This document shows, piece by piece, positions 49,609 to 62,400 of a stretch of DNA of 64,000 bases. Position 1 is the first letter of the stretch; the number at the start of each line of letters is the position of its first letter. The stretch lies in contig NEEC01000004.1 in NCBI GenBank assembly GCA_002189035.1, forward strand, positions 3,472,001 to 3,536,000, written 5' to 3'. The stretch comes from Utricularia gibba. Taxonomy: Eukaryota; Plantae; Magnoliophyta. The notes under the pieces were generated by a model, which made no database searches, was not told where the DNA came from, and saw only the letters and a list, made by a program, of their open reading frames with translations. A program made the position numbers and the translations under genes.

Positions 49609-51459
49609 TCAAAGCAGGCCCCTCCTCCTGTTGTAGTCACTGACGGTCAAGGTGAGTGTGTGTCGCCTGCCATCATCTTCTGCAACTTTAACCCCATACA
49701 TGGCCTCAGACCTTTGCTTCCGAGCCATGAAATACACACCCGGTGCCCCTTGAGGCTTCCCAAACTTATCTAGCGCCGCCAGGGAGATCGGGAGATCAAA
49801 GTCATGGAGCAAGTTTGATTCGGTTCCCTGGTCAACAGGTGCGTTTGTATCCACCAACTTGCCAGCGCCTGCTGCCGCTTTCAGTGCCGCGGCGGTAGCT
49901 TCCAGTCCAGCATCAGCTGAACCTCCACCAGCGGCAGCAGCATTACTCACCCCATCCGGTGCCTCTTCTCCACCGGCATCGGCCACATAGTAATTCCTTG
50001 ATCTAGTCCATCTTCTGGAAAAGGGGTCGTACCCGGCTTCACCAGCTTTTAAACTCGTATTCACTCGTTTCAGTTCTGATGCGGTTTTGAAATTCTCGAC
50101 CTTATTCCTGCGATTCATTTCAGCAAGCTTAGCAGCCTTTGAATCCTTCTGGGGTGCTTGGCGGGAAGACTCAAGTTCAACTAGTTTGGCCTTGATGCTC
50201 TCGACCTCTTCCTGATCATGATTCTCTCTGGCAACTTCCATAGCCCTCCTCAGCCTATCTTTCTCAGCGGCAATATTTATAGGCCTCGATGTGGCTGATT
50301 TTTTTTCCTGCAGCATCTGTTTCACAGTGGCTGCAGAGTAGACAAATGTATTTGTCCTCTGTATAGCCTCCCTCTTTTCCATAACTTCTTGCATCGTCGG
50401 CATGCTCCCACCATTACGCTCCACCTCTCGAAGCCACTGATCGAACTCCTCCTTCGTTGGAGGTGAATCTGAAATCATTGCCATTTGCCACCTAGCAGCC
50501 GAGCTTTCACTGCCCCAGACCACGCTCAAGTACTTATTAGTAGTTTTGTTGTCAAACTTATAATTACGATCAGGGTCTGATGCATCAACACTGCGAACGA
50601 CACAGAGCCGATATACTGATGCACTCCTTGACCTTCCAATACCAACTCGAACGAAACAACCAATTATCAACTCATCAAAAAAAGGCTCCAAGAACCATTT
50701 AGCCAATTTTGATCTTCGAATTGTAATCTCCTTGATATCGTCAAAGGTTGGAACCTTACTCTCAGATCCCATTTTGTCATCATCACTATCCCCGATTCCA
50801 CCATCACCAGTTGATTCTTCGCCACTTTGACTTCCACTTTCACTCTGACTGGGACTACTCAAGGTTGCAGCAGTAAAAGATCTTCTCTTCACAGGAGAAT
50901 AACGGCTGCCAGATCCTCCCCTAGCAGCATCCCTTCTTCTTTTCAACAGTTCATCCAACGCACCAGCCCTTTCAGCTTTCGAACGCGTGTTTCGTGTTTC
51001 AGTTCTAGGTGGGCCTACTTTTTTATCATTCCCTTTTCTTTTCTTCAGCTTCTCAGTCAAATCCCGGTCACTCCTTTTTGCTGCTCGATCTTCAAGAATC
51101 ATCTCCCTTTCAAGCTCCGTAAGCTTTGAGAGCTTTTCTCTATCATCTTCATCTTTGTAGAGATCACTCCCAACAGAATCATTTTCACTGTCATGCTCAC
51201 GATCAGTAAAATTTTCATCCCCATCTTGACTACTCCGGTCATCTTTATCAGCACTCTCGTATCTTTTCTTGAGGGGTACTTGTGAGCCAGAAGGCTTTCT
51301 ATGAGGATAATGATGGTCTCCATCTGAATCATCATTCCTTGAGTCACTGCCACCATCAGAATTTGAGGTTGTTCGCCTCCTTCTAGATCTTGGAGATGGA
51401 TGGCGATTCCTCCCTGTTCTTCCAGCAGCTTCCAACAACAGTTTTTCAAGGTCTGCCAT
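49609..51459 (-). CDS. VIP5: RTF1 homolog, PAF1 complex subunit with Plus3 domain (VERNALIZATION INDEPENDENCE 5-like), uninterrupted CDS, 616 aa
   Basis: MADLEKLLLEAAGR start; DLYKDEDDREKLSKLTELEREMIL; Plus3 region IRRSKLAKWFLEPFF...GCFVRVGIG...YRLC...WQMAMISDSPP; DPFSRRWTR; C-terminal LTVSDYNRRRGLL. Confidence 0.93.
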   Translation of the reverse strand: MADLEKLLLEAAGRTGRNRHPSPRSRRRRTTSNSDGGSDSRNDDSDGDHHYPHRKPSGSQVPLKKRYESADKDDRSSQDGDENFTDREHDSENDSVGSDLYKDEDDREKLSKLTELEREMILEDRAAKRSDRDLTEKLKKRKGNDKKVGPPRTETRNTRSKAERAGALDELLKRRRDAARGGSGSRYSPVKRRSFTAATLSSPSQSESGSQSGEESTGDGGIGDSDDDKMGSESKVPTFDDIKEITIRRSKLAKWFLEPFFDELIIGCFVRVGIGRSRSASVYRLCVVRSVDASDPDRNYKFDNKTTNKYLSVVWGSESSAARWQMAMISDSPPTKEEFDQWLREVERNGGSMPTMQEVMEKREAIQRTNTFVYSAATVKQMLQEKKSATSRPINIAAEKDRLRRAMEVARENHDQEEVESIKAKLVELESSRQAPQKDSKAAKLAEMNRRNKVENFKTASELKRVNTSLKAGEAGYDPFSRRWTRSRNYYVADAGGEEAPDGVSNAAAAGGGSADAGLEATAAALKAAAGAGKLVDTNAPVDQGTESNLLHDFDLPISLAALDKFGKPQGAPGVYFMARKQRSEAMYGVKVAEDDGRRHTLTLTVSDYNRRRGLL

Positions 51460-52052
51460 CGAAAGTTACCACCTATCATGCAGATAATAAGCTTCATCAG
51501 TTGCAAGTCTTACCAACTAGAAAAGAGAAGAGATTCGCTTCTAACTCCAGGAAACCAAAAAATATATATAAATATATAACAGACAGCAATTATAAATCCA
51601 TTTCCAAAATAGAGTGCTCGAAGGCGTTCTTTCTCATATGTTACTGCTACTTTCATCATGCCAATATTAGAATAAACTAGCGACAAATCACTTTAATCAA
51701 ACAATACAAGAATTGAGGGCTTGTTCTTGCATACTCCCCCCTGTAATCAGCATCTTTTCCAAGGATGTATCTCCTTGTTTCAAGGAACACATACAAACAC
51801 ACAAAGAACTTAAAAGAACTAATCCAAATACAAATGCTCACCCCTCTTTTCAGAATGATTTGAACTGTGAAATTCCTAAATGCAGCAACAAAATTTCATT
51901 ATCATTTCAAAAACCTCGAAAAGCCACATTCATGCTAAAAATTGCACAGAACATTTTCCTGAATCGCAAACTTGAAAGCAGTCTTACTAGGAAAATTTCA
52001 TGTCATACTTTCTGGTGCAGCGGGTTTATAGGAAAAACCAATTTAATCATGT

Positions 52053-52182
52053 AAGAAACCAAAATACCCTATAGACGCCTATAAATCTCCAAAACTACAA
52101 CAAATAACTGAAGAAGAAGGCCACAGAAGCAACAAATAACCGAAGAAGAAACCAAAATACCCTATAGACGCCTATAAATCTC
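52053..52182. repeat. Perfect 37-bp direct repeat (52053-52089 and 52146-52182) in the presumed VIP5 5' leader
   Basis: AAGAAACCAAAATACCCTATAGACGCCTATAAATCTC occurs twice; an overlapping ~22-bp repeat CAACAAATAACYGAAGAAGAA also occurs twice. Confidence 0.9.
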
Positions 52183-52488
52183 GTAACAAAAACCAAAACC
52201 TTCCACAGATGCTCTTCCAGGCCAAATTTCCAAACGGAGAATCCTCGACCCCGATCTGTTCACACAAGCTTCCGCAAAAAGAGCGTTGCTACTCCAAAAC
52301 ACAAGACACGATTTCTTCAATTACCCTGAATTCCCAACTAAACCACCAACCACGATTCCTAAGACGGCAATCGAACAGACCTCAAAGAAAACGTGAGAAG
52401 AAGCCGCAGCTGTATCATTTTTCTTCTAATTGTCCAAAGAAACCTTCTCCGATGTACACCAGCTGGGTTCCCATCTCCTGCAACGACC

Positions 52489-52550
52489 TGGGCCAGTAGG
52501 GATATCCGGCCCACCAAAAAAGAAATAAATGTGAACACCGGGCAGGCCCA
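52489..52550. promoter_or_regulatory. Cluster of three site II (TGGGCC/GGCCCA) motifs, probable VIP5 proximal promoter
   Basis: TGGGCC 52489-52494, GGCCCA 52508-52513 and 52545-52550, upstream of a pyrimidine/purine-skewed leader. Confidence 0.5.
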
Positions 52551-52767
52551 ATCGGATTAATACCCAGACACATGATATAAAGTAAAGTTTTTTAAATATA
52601 AGTGAGCGAGCATGTGATAGGAGCAATTTCATGCAGTCAAGGACTGTAAATCCAGTATCACAATTTATCACATGCAGTTACATTTCGGGGGGCAGTTCAG
52701 TTTTGGCATTACAATGTGTATCAGTTTACATAGGTCACAGAAGGAACCGAATTCTGGTGTCAAGAAG

Positions 52768-55130
52768 CTATGCCCAGGCAGCTAGAGAAGACATCAAGAC
52801 AGCACCAAAGAAGAGAGCCAAAAAAGAAACGGCTGTGAGCCTCGGGTCCCCAGTCATTCTCTTGTTCAAGAAGTTAGCTGCAATCAGATCAACCAGCGCC
52901 ATATAAACCAGGATTCCTGCAGAAACCGAGTCCAGAAGGCCCTGGATAATCAGAGCACCTGGACTGCTACCATCGTATACTGAAGAGATGCCGATGCCAA
53001 CTGCGATTCCCAACGGGGTGGTTAAGGCAAAGAAGCATGCCATCATGGTGGACTGAAGGGGTTGAAACTGTGCCTGCGCGATGCAACCACCCAATGCAAA
53101 GCCTTCAAAGAGCTGATGGAACGACAAGGCTCCAAGCAGCGGCCCTATTGTGCATGGACTCCGTGAAACTCCAAGGGACAACCCTATTATCACAGAATGT
53201 GAAACTATCCCAAATTCCAGCACCTGTATAGACGTGAGTTAGTTACTACACCAATCCAGTAATGCGACCCTGAAAAAGAGGAAGATAGACTCTACAGGTC
53301 TAAGCTCATTTGCAACTGTAATTGTCTACGAGAAACTTCTTGCCTTGCATTATTCTAGGCTTTCAAGACTTACATTGCTGAAAATAAAGATACCATTGAA
53401 CATCCACAAGCTATAAGTAACACCTTGTTTACTTTGTGTGCTGCCAAGCATACATCTTAATCAAGTGCAGCTCTAGCCACCACCACTTGAATCCTGTTTG
53501 GTGTACGGACTACATCAAATGGATGAGTTTCATTGAACTATTTTTAGAAGACACCCTATGGAAAAATATTTATCCTACATGCAGAGATCTATATATATAC
53601 TACAACCCAACATATGGAAAGAGTTCAGGAGAACCTGCAATAATTGCAATATATAATTTTGAAGGCCCTACTCGCACGATTAAATGAGCCAGTGAAATAA
53701 ACAGAACACGGAAACAAGTTACGTAGACGCATGAATATAAGTGTGTGAACCCCACCTGAGATATAACGGCATGTCGAGCAACCAATTCTTCATCGTCAAT
53801 GTCAATCCCGTGGGAGTGTGAATGATCGTGGGAATTCTCTGGTGAACAACCTTGATATGCAACATGTTCTTGTGAATGTTTTTGATGTCTACTATGTGTA
53901 TGTGTACCAATCAATGGAATTACAGCCTCTTCCTCTTCAAAAAGCAGTTTTCCATCAAATTGGTTTGTTTGTGCTCGAACTATTCCTGATCCCGAGTGGC
54001 TACACTCCAAATCAACACGAGCAACCAGCTGCTGTTGTTTCTCCTGCTTCCTCTCATAGTACTGTGTTCCCACCAAATCAGCCAGCAGTGTGGCTAATGC
54101 AGCCATCATAGCAACAAAACCTGAAAACGGAAACTTTCTCCATGGAATTTCTGGTAAGCATGCGTTGGTTAGTGATGATGTAGCATCAGGGAGCATGTGA
54201 ACAAAGCCAGTGGCCAAAATGACACCAGCAGCAAAGGCTTTAGCAGCAACAAAGAGGTTGGAATCATACCTTAGGAAATGGTGTTTCCTTCCTATCAATG
54301 GGGTCGCCACACCAGAAACTCCCGCAACTAGTATTGAAGCAATAGCGATGAGCTTGAGGGTGAAAGCGTAAGAGTCATTGTAGCATCCATCCAATTCATC
54401 ATGAAGTTGATGACAGCGAGAATTCGAACCATTATTGAGGATAGAACCTTTTCAAACAGAAAAAAATGCCGCAGCATGGTTAGTTTCTCATTAGTTTTCC
54501 AACAACTGTAAGTTCATATAACGTTAGTTTGAAGCAAGTCATTCGCAAAAATCCATACTTGAGGATTTGGCTAGTGCAGTAATGCCTTTAAACAATAAGT
54601 CATCAGTTATCAACACGATACCCCTGGAGTTCTCCCGCAGAAAACATCAGAAAGCAAATTAAAAAAACGTAAATTCTGGTATAAACAAGAATAAATTTCT
54701 TGAGGGGTGTTTTTGAGAACACACCCAAGTGTAGCTGGGCAGAAGGGCATCGATATTTCCAAAATACTACCAAAATATGATGACGCCGACAACTGGAAAA
54801 CCAATTACAGTTGTAAGACTTCAAACTTGGGAAAAAATATAATTCATAGAACAGAAAAAAACTAGGTTTTTTTTCATGAAGAAGTTCGTTTTGCATACAA
54901 AATCCAACCAACATGTTCTTCTTAAATTCATACTGTTTCTAATCTCTAGACACCCAGTATTCCAACAAAGCGCCGTTTACCAGAAAAGGTCCAAATCGTG
55001 ACGTTTCCCAAAGACACCGGGAGCAAACCCTGAACCCAATTTAAAATTCAAATCATCAAAACCAAAACTCAAAATAAATCCGAAAATGAGAAACCGAAGA
55101 TACTTGTGTACACACCTCTAATAGCGACAT
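52768..55130 (-). CDS. ZIP4: ZIP-family Zn/Fe transporter, ZIP4/IRT3 subgroup; complement(join(52768..53223,53756..54447,54981..55029,55116..55130)), ~403 aa
   Basis: GT-AG phase-consistent exons: MSLLE|[16 protein letters not shown]|GSILN...[13 protein letters not shown]...[15 protein letters not shown]...His-rich HDHSHSHG...VISQ|[18 protein letters not shown]...[13 protein letters not shown]...[13 protein letters not shown]...LAAWA. ZIP4 versus IRT3 cannot be separated without a tree. Confidence 0.9.
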
Positions 55131-55321
55131 CCGCAGCAGTAGAAAGCTCAATTATTCGGCTGGTAGAGCGTCCCCAACACCTGGCAACAGAACCCCTGGA
55201 TCAAGGGCATGCAGGATGAAACATAATTCGAGCAGAGACGGTAGGAACCGGAGTCGTAATCGCATGATTTGCAAAATGATCACACAGTGGGCGCATATAA
55301 TGATTTGGGGTGAAAGAAAAA

Positions 55322-55407
55322 ATGTCAACATTCTCGAGAAGGAAGTGGGAGGGAGGGAGGAGGCATCTGGGGGAATCAAGCTTTGTGAGCGCCTAGGCTG
55401 TCGACAC
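55322..55407. promoter_or_regulatory. Two ZDRE-like (zinc deficiency response element) motifs
   Basis: ATGTCAACAT (55322-55331) and CTGTCGACAC (55398-55407) are each one mismatch from RTGTCGACAY, ~190 and ~270 bp upstream of the ZIP ATG. Confidence 0.7.
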
Positions 55408-56540
55408 CATGGCGAAACTTTTGTTTTTGTTTTATTCAATAAATAAATATACATTATTTATTTCGTATTATCACTATTGTATAAAATATATGGTGATGTT
55501 CAATTATTCAAGGGGAAAGAAAATAACACCCAAAGCCTATCTGGAATAAAAGCCAAGTAGGCGGAGGCCGACCTGTTTTTTCAAGCCCAGATTTGACAAT
55601 AACAATTATATTTTTGTTTAAATTCTTTTTAAAATTAATCCTCAATTGCAGTGTGTTCAAGTACACATGATCCTATTCTAACTCGCAAAAATAGGAAAAA
55701 ATGAAAACTACAATTAACAGCAAAAGACGTATCTAATGATTAAAACACAGAGAATGCCTAAATCTTCAAGTTGGGGTTATATCATACGTTCAATTGGTAT
55801 AAGATTTTCATATCTTATATCATTAAGAATATGTGAAAATATTTCCGTACGTAATCCAAAGAAACTTAAATAATCATATTGAATTGGATTTTGACTGAAT
55901 CTTGCTTGGATCCAAATTCATCTACTTCACAATCTACAAATTATTGAGTCTTAATACAAAAATATTACAAATTTAAAAAGACTAAATTAGTATAAAATTT
56001 TTGAAATCAATAAAAGTTAGTCAGAAAATGATATACAAAATAAGTAACTCAAAACGAGTAAAAATGATGTTTTGGAACAATATAAAAATATGACTATCAT
56101 AAGTGTATTATACAATTTTTCATTATTCTTGGAAATTGTCTTCATTGTTTGCATGACAACAGTGAAGATATCTGTTATCAAACGATTAATTGAGGATTAA
56201 TTTTCTATATTTTTGAATAATAAAAGAATACTAATGATAATTTTTTAAATCAGTGAAAGATTATTCATATCAATAAACATTATGAATCAATTTGACAACT
56301 GTTTGAATATTTAAAACAAATTATATTAAATTATTAAATAATAAAGATAATAAAAAATTAATGAAGATCATTTCTGTAAACAATATAAACCAATACGCCA
56401 GTTAACCAAGAGAGTTGAATACAAAGAGGGTGACCTTCCTCATATTTTCCAATATTCATTTATTGACATTATATACTTTCGAAATAGGATTAATGTTTTG
56501 GTTGGGGAAGTCCCCAAATGATGATGATGACAAATAGGAT

Positions 56541-56570
56541 GAAGAAGAAGAAGAAGAAGAAGAAGAAGAA
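56541..56570 (+). repeat. (GAA)10 microsatellite downstream of MED9
   Basis: Direct read. Confidence 0.95.
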
Positions 56571-56786
56571 GATTAGACCAACCTCATCAAATAAATAATC
56601 TTGCGACAGAATCTTTTGTGATGATCAAACCCCAGAATTTAGCCAAACGGATCACATGTTGGGATGACTCCATCCATCCACACGAATCTTACTTGAAAAT
56701 CCCTTTAAAGCAAAACAACAAACCTATTATCTGGATGGCTTGCTTGGAAGTTTGCGTTGGGAACTTGTCATGACTTCCCTTACTGC

Positions 56787-58103
56787 TTATACTTGAGACT
56801 TCAAAATCTCTTCAACTGAATTCCTGAAGTTTGAGATGAGCTCCCTGCAAACAAAAAACACCAGTAAACTACCTTGCAACTCAATACAGTTCGTATCCAT
56901 CAACTATCCACACAGGAAGACAACTGCACACCTTCTTTGAGTCAGTAAGTTGCTGGATTCCTCCAATCTTCCATTCTGCCCCTGCACAGTCTGTCCAAAA
57001 GGTTTCCCACAACATGAATATGGAGACAAAGATACAACCAAGCTTAACCTAGCACCGGTTTTCCTTATCGATTAATTGAATTTGGGATTCGTTATAGCAA
57101 CTACTACAGGAGGAGTTGAGCAAATCAAATAAAGAACAAGCATGCAACTCCTTGTGTCCAAGACGTGGGAACACAGAAGGCGACGAAGATTTTATTACAA
57201 AGATGGTTTCAGCTTAGGTGACAAAATCTAAACAGTCTCAAAAGATGTGGGATCTGAAGGCGAAAAGTACCGTTGACTTTATCTTAATCTTCTCCCCAAT
57301 GGAATTGAGAAGCTGCTGGCATTTCTCGAACTGTGTGTTCAACTCAGCAACCTTTGAACCACAAGACAAGAAAACGAGAATTGCATCATGCAACCATCAC
57401 ATTCTTCCATACGAACTAACTTACAAGCCATTCATTTACGTGACAAAATCTTCTTTCGCATGCACTTGTTTCACAAGCCATTCTAACTAGTGTGAATTTG
57501 AACAAGTCAGAATAGTTCCAACTTCTACTTCTTGAAAGTAGTTTCCCAAGTCCCACTTCCACTTCTCTCATCAATAATTAACTATGAAAAATTTGCATTG
57601 CAAGCAAAAATGATGGTTTTTGCTTTCAAAAACTTCTCAGCAAGCTAGATGAGTTTTTGAAAGTCACCCACAGCACACAATGGAGATGCAGTTTAGAATT
57701 AAAATAAGAGTAACCAACCAATGCATCCGCTTGCTGATCCCTTGACCCATTCTCCGTTACGTCAGCTAAATTCTCGACCAACTACAATTTAGGGATTCGA
57801 AATCAAAAACCATTGGACGACTAAAACATAAAACCTAAAAATCAATGATGTAACGCGTACATGGAGAAGGTGAAAATGCGAGACGAGGGACTGACTCGGT
57901 TGCTGTTGCTGCTGTAAACGCTGCTGCTGCTGCTGTTGATGATGAAGAAGATTGAATTGCTGTTGTTGAAACTGCGGCTGTTGATTGAATTGCTGCTGTT
58001 GGAGGAACATATGGTCTTGGTTTGAGGGAGTCGTAGGATTGCTGTGGGGCTGCATGCTGGGGATCAGGGACCAGCCCCCTCCACCGACACCGAAGTGCTC
58101 CAT
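56787..58103 (-). CDS. MED9: Mediator subunit 9; complement(join(56787..56844,56932..56990,57271..57351,57719..57781,57861..58103)), ~167 aa
   Basis: GGGWSLIP...poly-Q...QSLVSHFHLLH|LVENLADVTENGSRDQQADAL|VAELNTQFEKCQQLLNSI...ST|TVQGQ...LLTQR|RELISNFRNSVEEILKSQV. All GT-AG and phase-consistent; matches plant MED9 as remembered. Confidence 0.9.
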
Positions 58104-58849
58104 CCCTCCTCCGTCGTCGCCGACTGTGAAGCACGCAGATGAAGGACGCGTTCGTTGTTAGTTAAAAGGCGGGTTTGCATTGTTATGGGCTCTCTCAACT
58201 GGGCTCTATTCTTTTCAACCAGCACACAGCCCGAAATTTTAATCCAACACATTAGGTGCTATTTTGTAATTTTTAAGTTTTGCTTAAATCATGTAATATT
58301 TAATTAGCATTAATTTAAAATACTAAAAATGTCTTGAGATATTATAAAATAATATTTTAAAATTTCATTAAATAAAATATATATTATAATATTTAATATA
58401 TTAAATTATTGTATATATAATATCATCATATAAATATATTCTTAGAATAAATAAAAATTCAATAATATAATTTTTACTAATTAATTTTTATTTAATTATT
58501 AAAATAAAGATTCAAAACTTAATAATTTTTTAATGCAACCACATATCTTAATTTTTTATTTTACTATAAAACAACAAAAATTAAAACATTCGAATATTAA
58601 ATAGAATAACTTCAAAAGATTACAAAAATAGAACAAACCCTTCAAATAGTTAAGGTTTTATTTTCAAATTCATCCAATATAAATCCCATCACTTTACGAT
58701 AATAAGTTATTGATGGATAATAGATTTCATTGGAGAACTAGACCTCTGCAAAAAATAGGTTTGTTGAATAGTTATATTTGGAAATTATTAGTTGTTTAAT
58801 TCTACTTTATGTATGTATTTGTAAAATAACTTAACTTTTAACATAAATA

Positions 58850-59590
58850 AAACAATTAACTATTTCTTATAAAAAAATAATAATAGAAAATCAAATATAT
58901 ATTAATTACAATCTTCATTATGTTTATATATTTTACTAAATAATAAATTAATTACTCTTATATTATTTACATATGTTTTATATTTTTAAATAATATATTA
59001 ATTACAATTATATTATTTACAAATATTTATATTTTTTTAAATAATAAATTAGTTATATATATATATATATTCATTACATCACTATAGTTTTTAAATAATG
59101 AATTTATTAAAGTTATATTATTTACACAATATTCATTACATCAATATATCTTTTTAAATAATGTATTAATTACAACTACATTTACATATATATTCATTAC
59201 ATCAATATATTTTTTAAATAATGTATGAGTTATAATTATATTATTTGCACATGTGTATATTTACTTAAAAAAAGGATTAGTTAAATAAATTTATATTTTT
59301 TTAAATAATAGATTAATTACTAATATTTATATTTTTCTAAAAAATGAATTAATTAAACATATAATATTTACACATATATTAATTATATTACTATATTTTC
59401 TAAATAATAGATTTGTTACATATTCTTTACACATATATTTATTACACTAATGTATTTTACTACTTAATACATTAGTTATATTTATAGCATTTGCACATAT
59501 TTATATTTTCTTAAATAATACAATAGTTATATTTATAATATTTACATATATATTTATTACATTAATACATTTCTCTAAATAATTAATTAG

Positions 59591-59633
<43 letters not shown>

Positions 59634-60120
59634 TTATATTAATATAGTTACTCAAATAATGAATTACTTATACTTAAATTTGTACATATATTTATTATAT
59701 TAATATATTTTCCTAAATTTAGTTACAATTATATTATTTACACATTTATATTTCCCTAAATAATTAATTAGTTATATATATATATTATATATATATTCAT
59801 TTCATTAATTTATTTTTCTAAATCATGGATCGATTATATCTAAATTTGTACATATAATCTTTACATTAATATATTTCTTTAAATAATAGATTGATTACAC
59901 CTAAATTTATATATATAATCATTATATTAATATATTTTACTAAATAATGGACTGGTTACACTTAAACTTCTATATATAATCATTATATTAATATATTTTT
60001 CTAAATAATGAATTGGTTATAGATAAATTTGTACATATAATTATTACATAAATATGTTTTCCTAAATAATAGATTGATTACACCTATATTATATATATAT
60101 ATTAATTAATTTATTTATAT
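58850..60120. repeat. AT-rich degenerate tandem array; 61-bp period in 59820-60110; (TA)~19 at 59592-59630
   Basis: AAATAAT...TTAC/TTAT unit starts at 59881, 59942, 60003 and 60064. Confidence 0.75.
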
Positions 60121-60210
60121 TATTAAATCTCATCTAATACACCTATAAATACCACTTACACATTAATCAAGTGCTACATCCCCAATTCATATTCTCTCCT
60201 TGTTTTTACA

Positions 60211-62400
60211 ATGTCAAGTTTTAGTTCATTTGTGGAAGTGCGAGTATTTTATGGTGGCAACATATTACGATCAGCTTATGATCACGTAGAGTATAATAGG
60301 GATGTGTTAGAGTGCTTTTAACTAAAAAGGTTTGTGAACTTCGACACACTTACAAGGCGCATGTATGCAATAACCGACACAGATCCGAGATATTCTAAAG
60401 TAGTGATGTTCGCTCAGTACTACGAAGATCCTACACAGACGTCTAATTATATGACTCTTCCAGATAAAACAGCATTACGATTTCTATTCCATCCGAGTAA
60501 TACTGGATGTGGTGTCGATATTTTTCTAATATGCGAGCCGATAGAGAATTTTCAAGCATCCACATCCGATAACATTGGATCGCATTTCAACCTTCAAGTC
60601 TCCGGCTCTCAAAACCCTCAAGAATATGGTTTTCTCGGTAACGTCATTAACTCTTACATTTTGTATAGGTATGATTCTTTAATAAGGTATGGTTATTTCA
60701 TTTTGTGGATCTAATTTCTGCACCGATTATACAAAACTCAAGAATTTTTGATTGGCATGGACACTCATATGACGACACTGATCGTCATGCAATGTTACCG
60801 ACTTCTATGATCAATGGAAACAGTCATCTTCGTCTACGAACACCTTCTCCACCACAATCTGATGACGATGATTCACTATCTATATATAGTGAACTGGTAC
60901 TAGAAATACTTTGGAGTTACAACGACACAACACCTTTAGTTGATCATGGAGTCGAACAACACGAGGAATATGGTCCAAATGAGTAGAACCCACCGATGTG
61001 GCATGATTCTATAGATTGTCCTGAGGTTACTACAGTGTACAACACAGGTACTATGGAATTATGTCGTGGACTCACATTTCTAACGAAAGACGAGGTTATT
61101 GCTGTAATTACTAATTACTCCGTGTTCATTGCAAGGCGAGAGTTTGCTGTGCAACGCAGTATCAACTCTCGGTATGAACTAATTTGCTGTGAATCATCTC
61201 AAGGTAAATTACATTGTCAATGGAAGATGTATTGCAAATACAATAGCATGAAGAGCATATGGAGGATTACATAACTAATAGAGTTTCACACTTGTGACAT
61301 AGCTAGTACTCTCGCAACGAGACATGTGAACTTGAGAAAGAACTGTTTGGCTCGTAGTCTGGTTGAAATGCTAAGGGGTTGGTCCCGAATCAAGGCATCT
61401 TCGGTGTAGGGATTCATCGAAACACAATTCAAATTCAAGATATCGTACTGGAAGCCATGGTCTATTTTGATAAAGACATATAAACTAGTTTATGGTACAT
61501 GGGAGCAATCGACAATTGAGTTGTCTAGATATTTTCTTGAAATGTTAGAGGGCAAATTTAGGCATTATTATTATATTTAAAAACGCTCGTGGAAGGCAAG
61601 GTGTACATCTATTGTATTATGCTTTCAGAGCTTTCAGATCGTGTATTGAAGGCTATAAGCATTTGTCTCTGGTGATACAGGTTGATGGGACACACCTGTA
61701 TGCCAAGTATAAGTACAAGTTACTCGTTGCTGTGGCCATGGATGCAGGAGGTCACTATTTTCCTATGGCGTATGCTATTATCGATGGACATATGGGACCT
61801 ATATGGACATGGTTCCTCGAACTACTAGATGTGCATGTTGTTCGTGATCGTCATCCAACATGTATAATTAGTGATCGGGGAACAAGATTGCTAGCTGCCT
61901 TAAATACGGTTCCTGCATTTCGACCACCTATGTGATTCATCGCTTCTGCTTATGACATGTGCGATCGAATTGTCTTACGTTTAACCGAAGTAAAAATATG
62001 AATGCTTTGGTGTGTGCAGCCGAATCTACACCACGTGTTGAGGAATTTAACCGTGTGATGGAGACAGTACATTGCACACATCCAGGAGCATATCAGTACT
62101 TTATGGATATACCGTTGGAAATGTAGACATTATTGCATGATAGAGGTAAAAGATACACACTTTTTATTATTTTTAAACCATATCATCAATTAATTTTCAA
62201 CTTTACTTTCATACATGACTTCTAATTCTTGATATTCAGATTTGGTATTATGACTACAAACCATGTCGAAGCGATCAATGTGGTTTTTCGAAGAGAGCAT
62301 CGTCTGCCACCTACATCTATTGCCAAGGTATGACATTCACATATCTCAATTCTTCTAAGACTTCTCAATCCTATGATCTTATAAAATTCATGTAAAAAGA
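60211..62400 (+). pseudogene. MuDR/mudrA-type transposase relic (third MULE), 3'-truncated; TATAAAT at 60144-60150
   Basis: MSSFSSFVEVRVFYGGNI; ELCRGLTFLTKDEV...CQWKMYC; FRSCIEGYKHLSLVIQVDGTHLYAKYKYKLLVAVAMDAGGHYFPMAYAII...WTWFLELL...IISDRG; intron, then FGIMTTNHVEAIN. Stops and frameshifts; TIRs not identified. Confidence 0.88.

Noticed and set aside
57880-58010. Poly-Q/CAG tract as an unusual expansion
   Set aside because: A Gln-rich N-terminus is normal for plant MED9.
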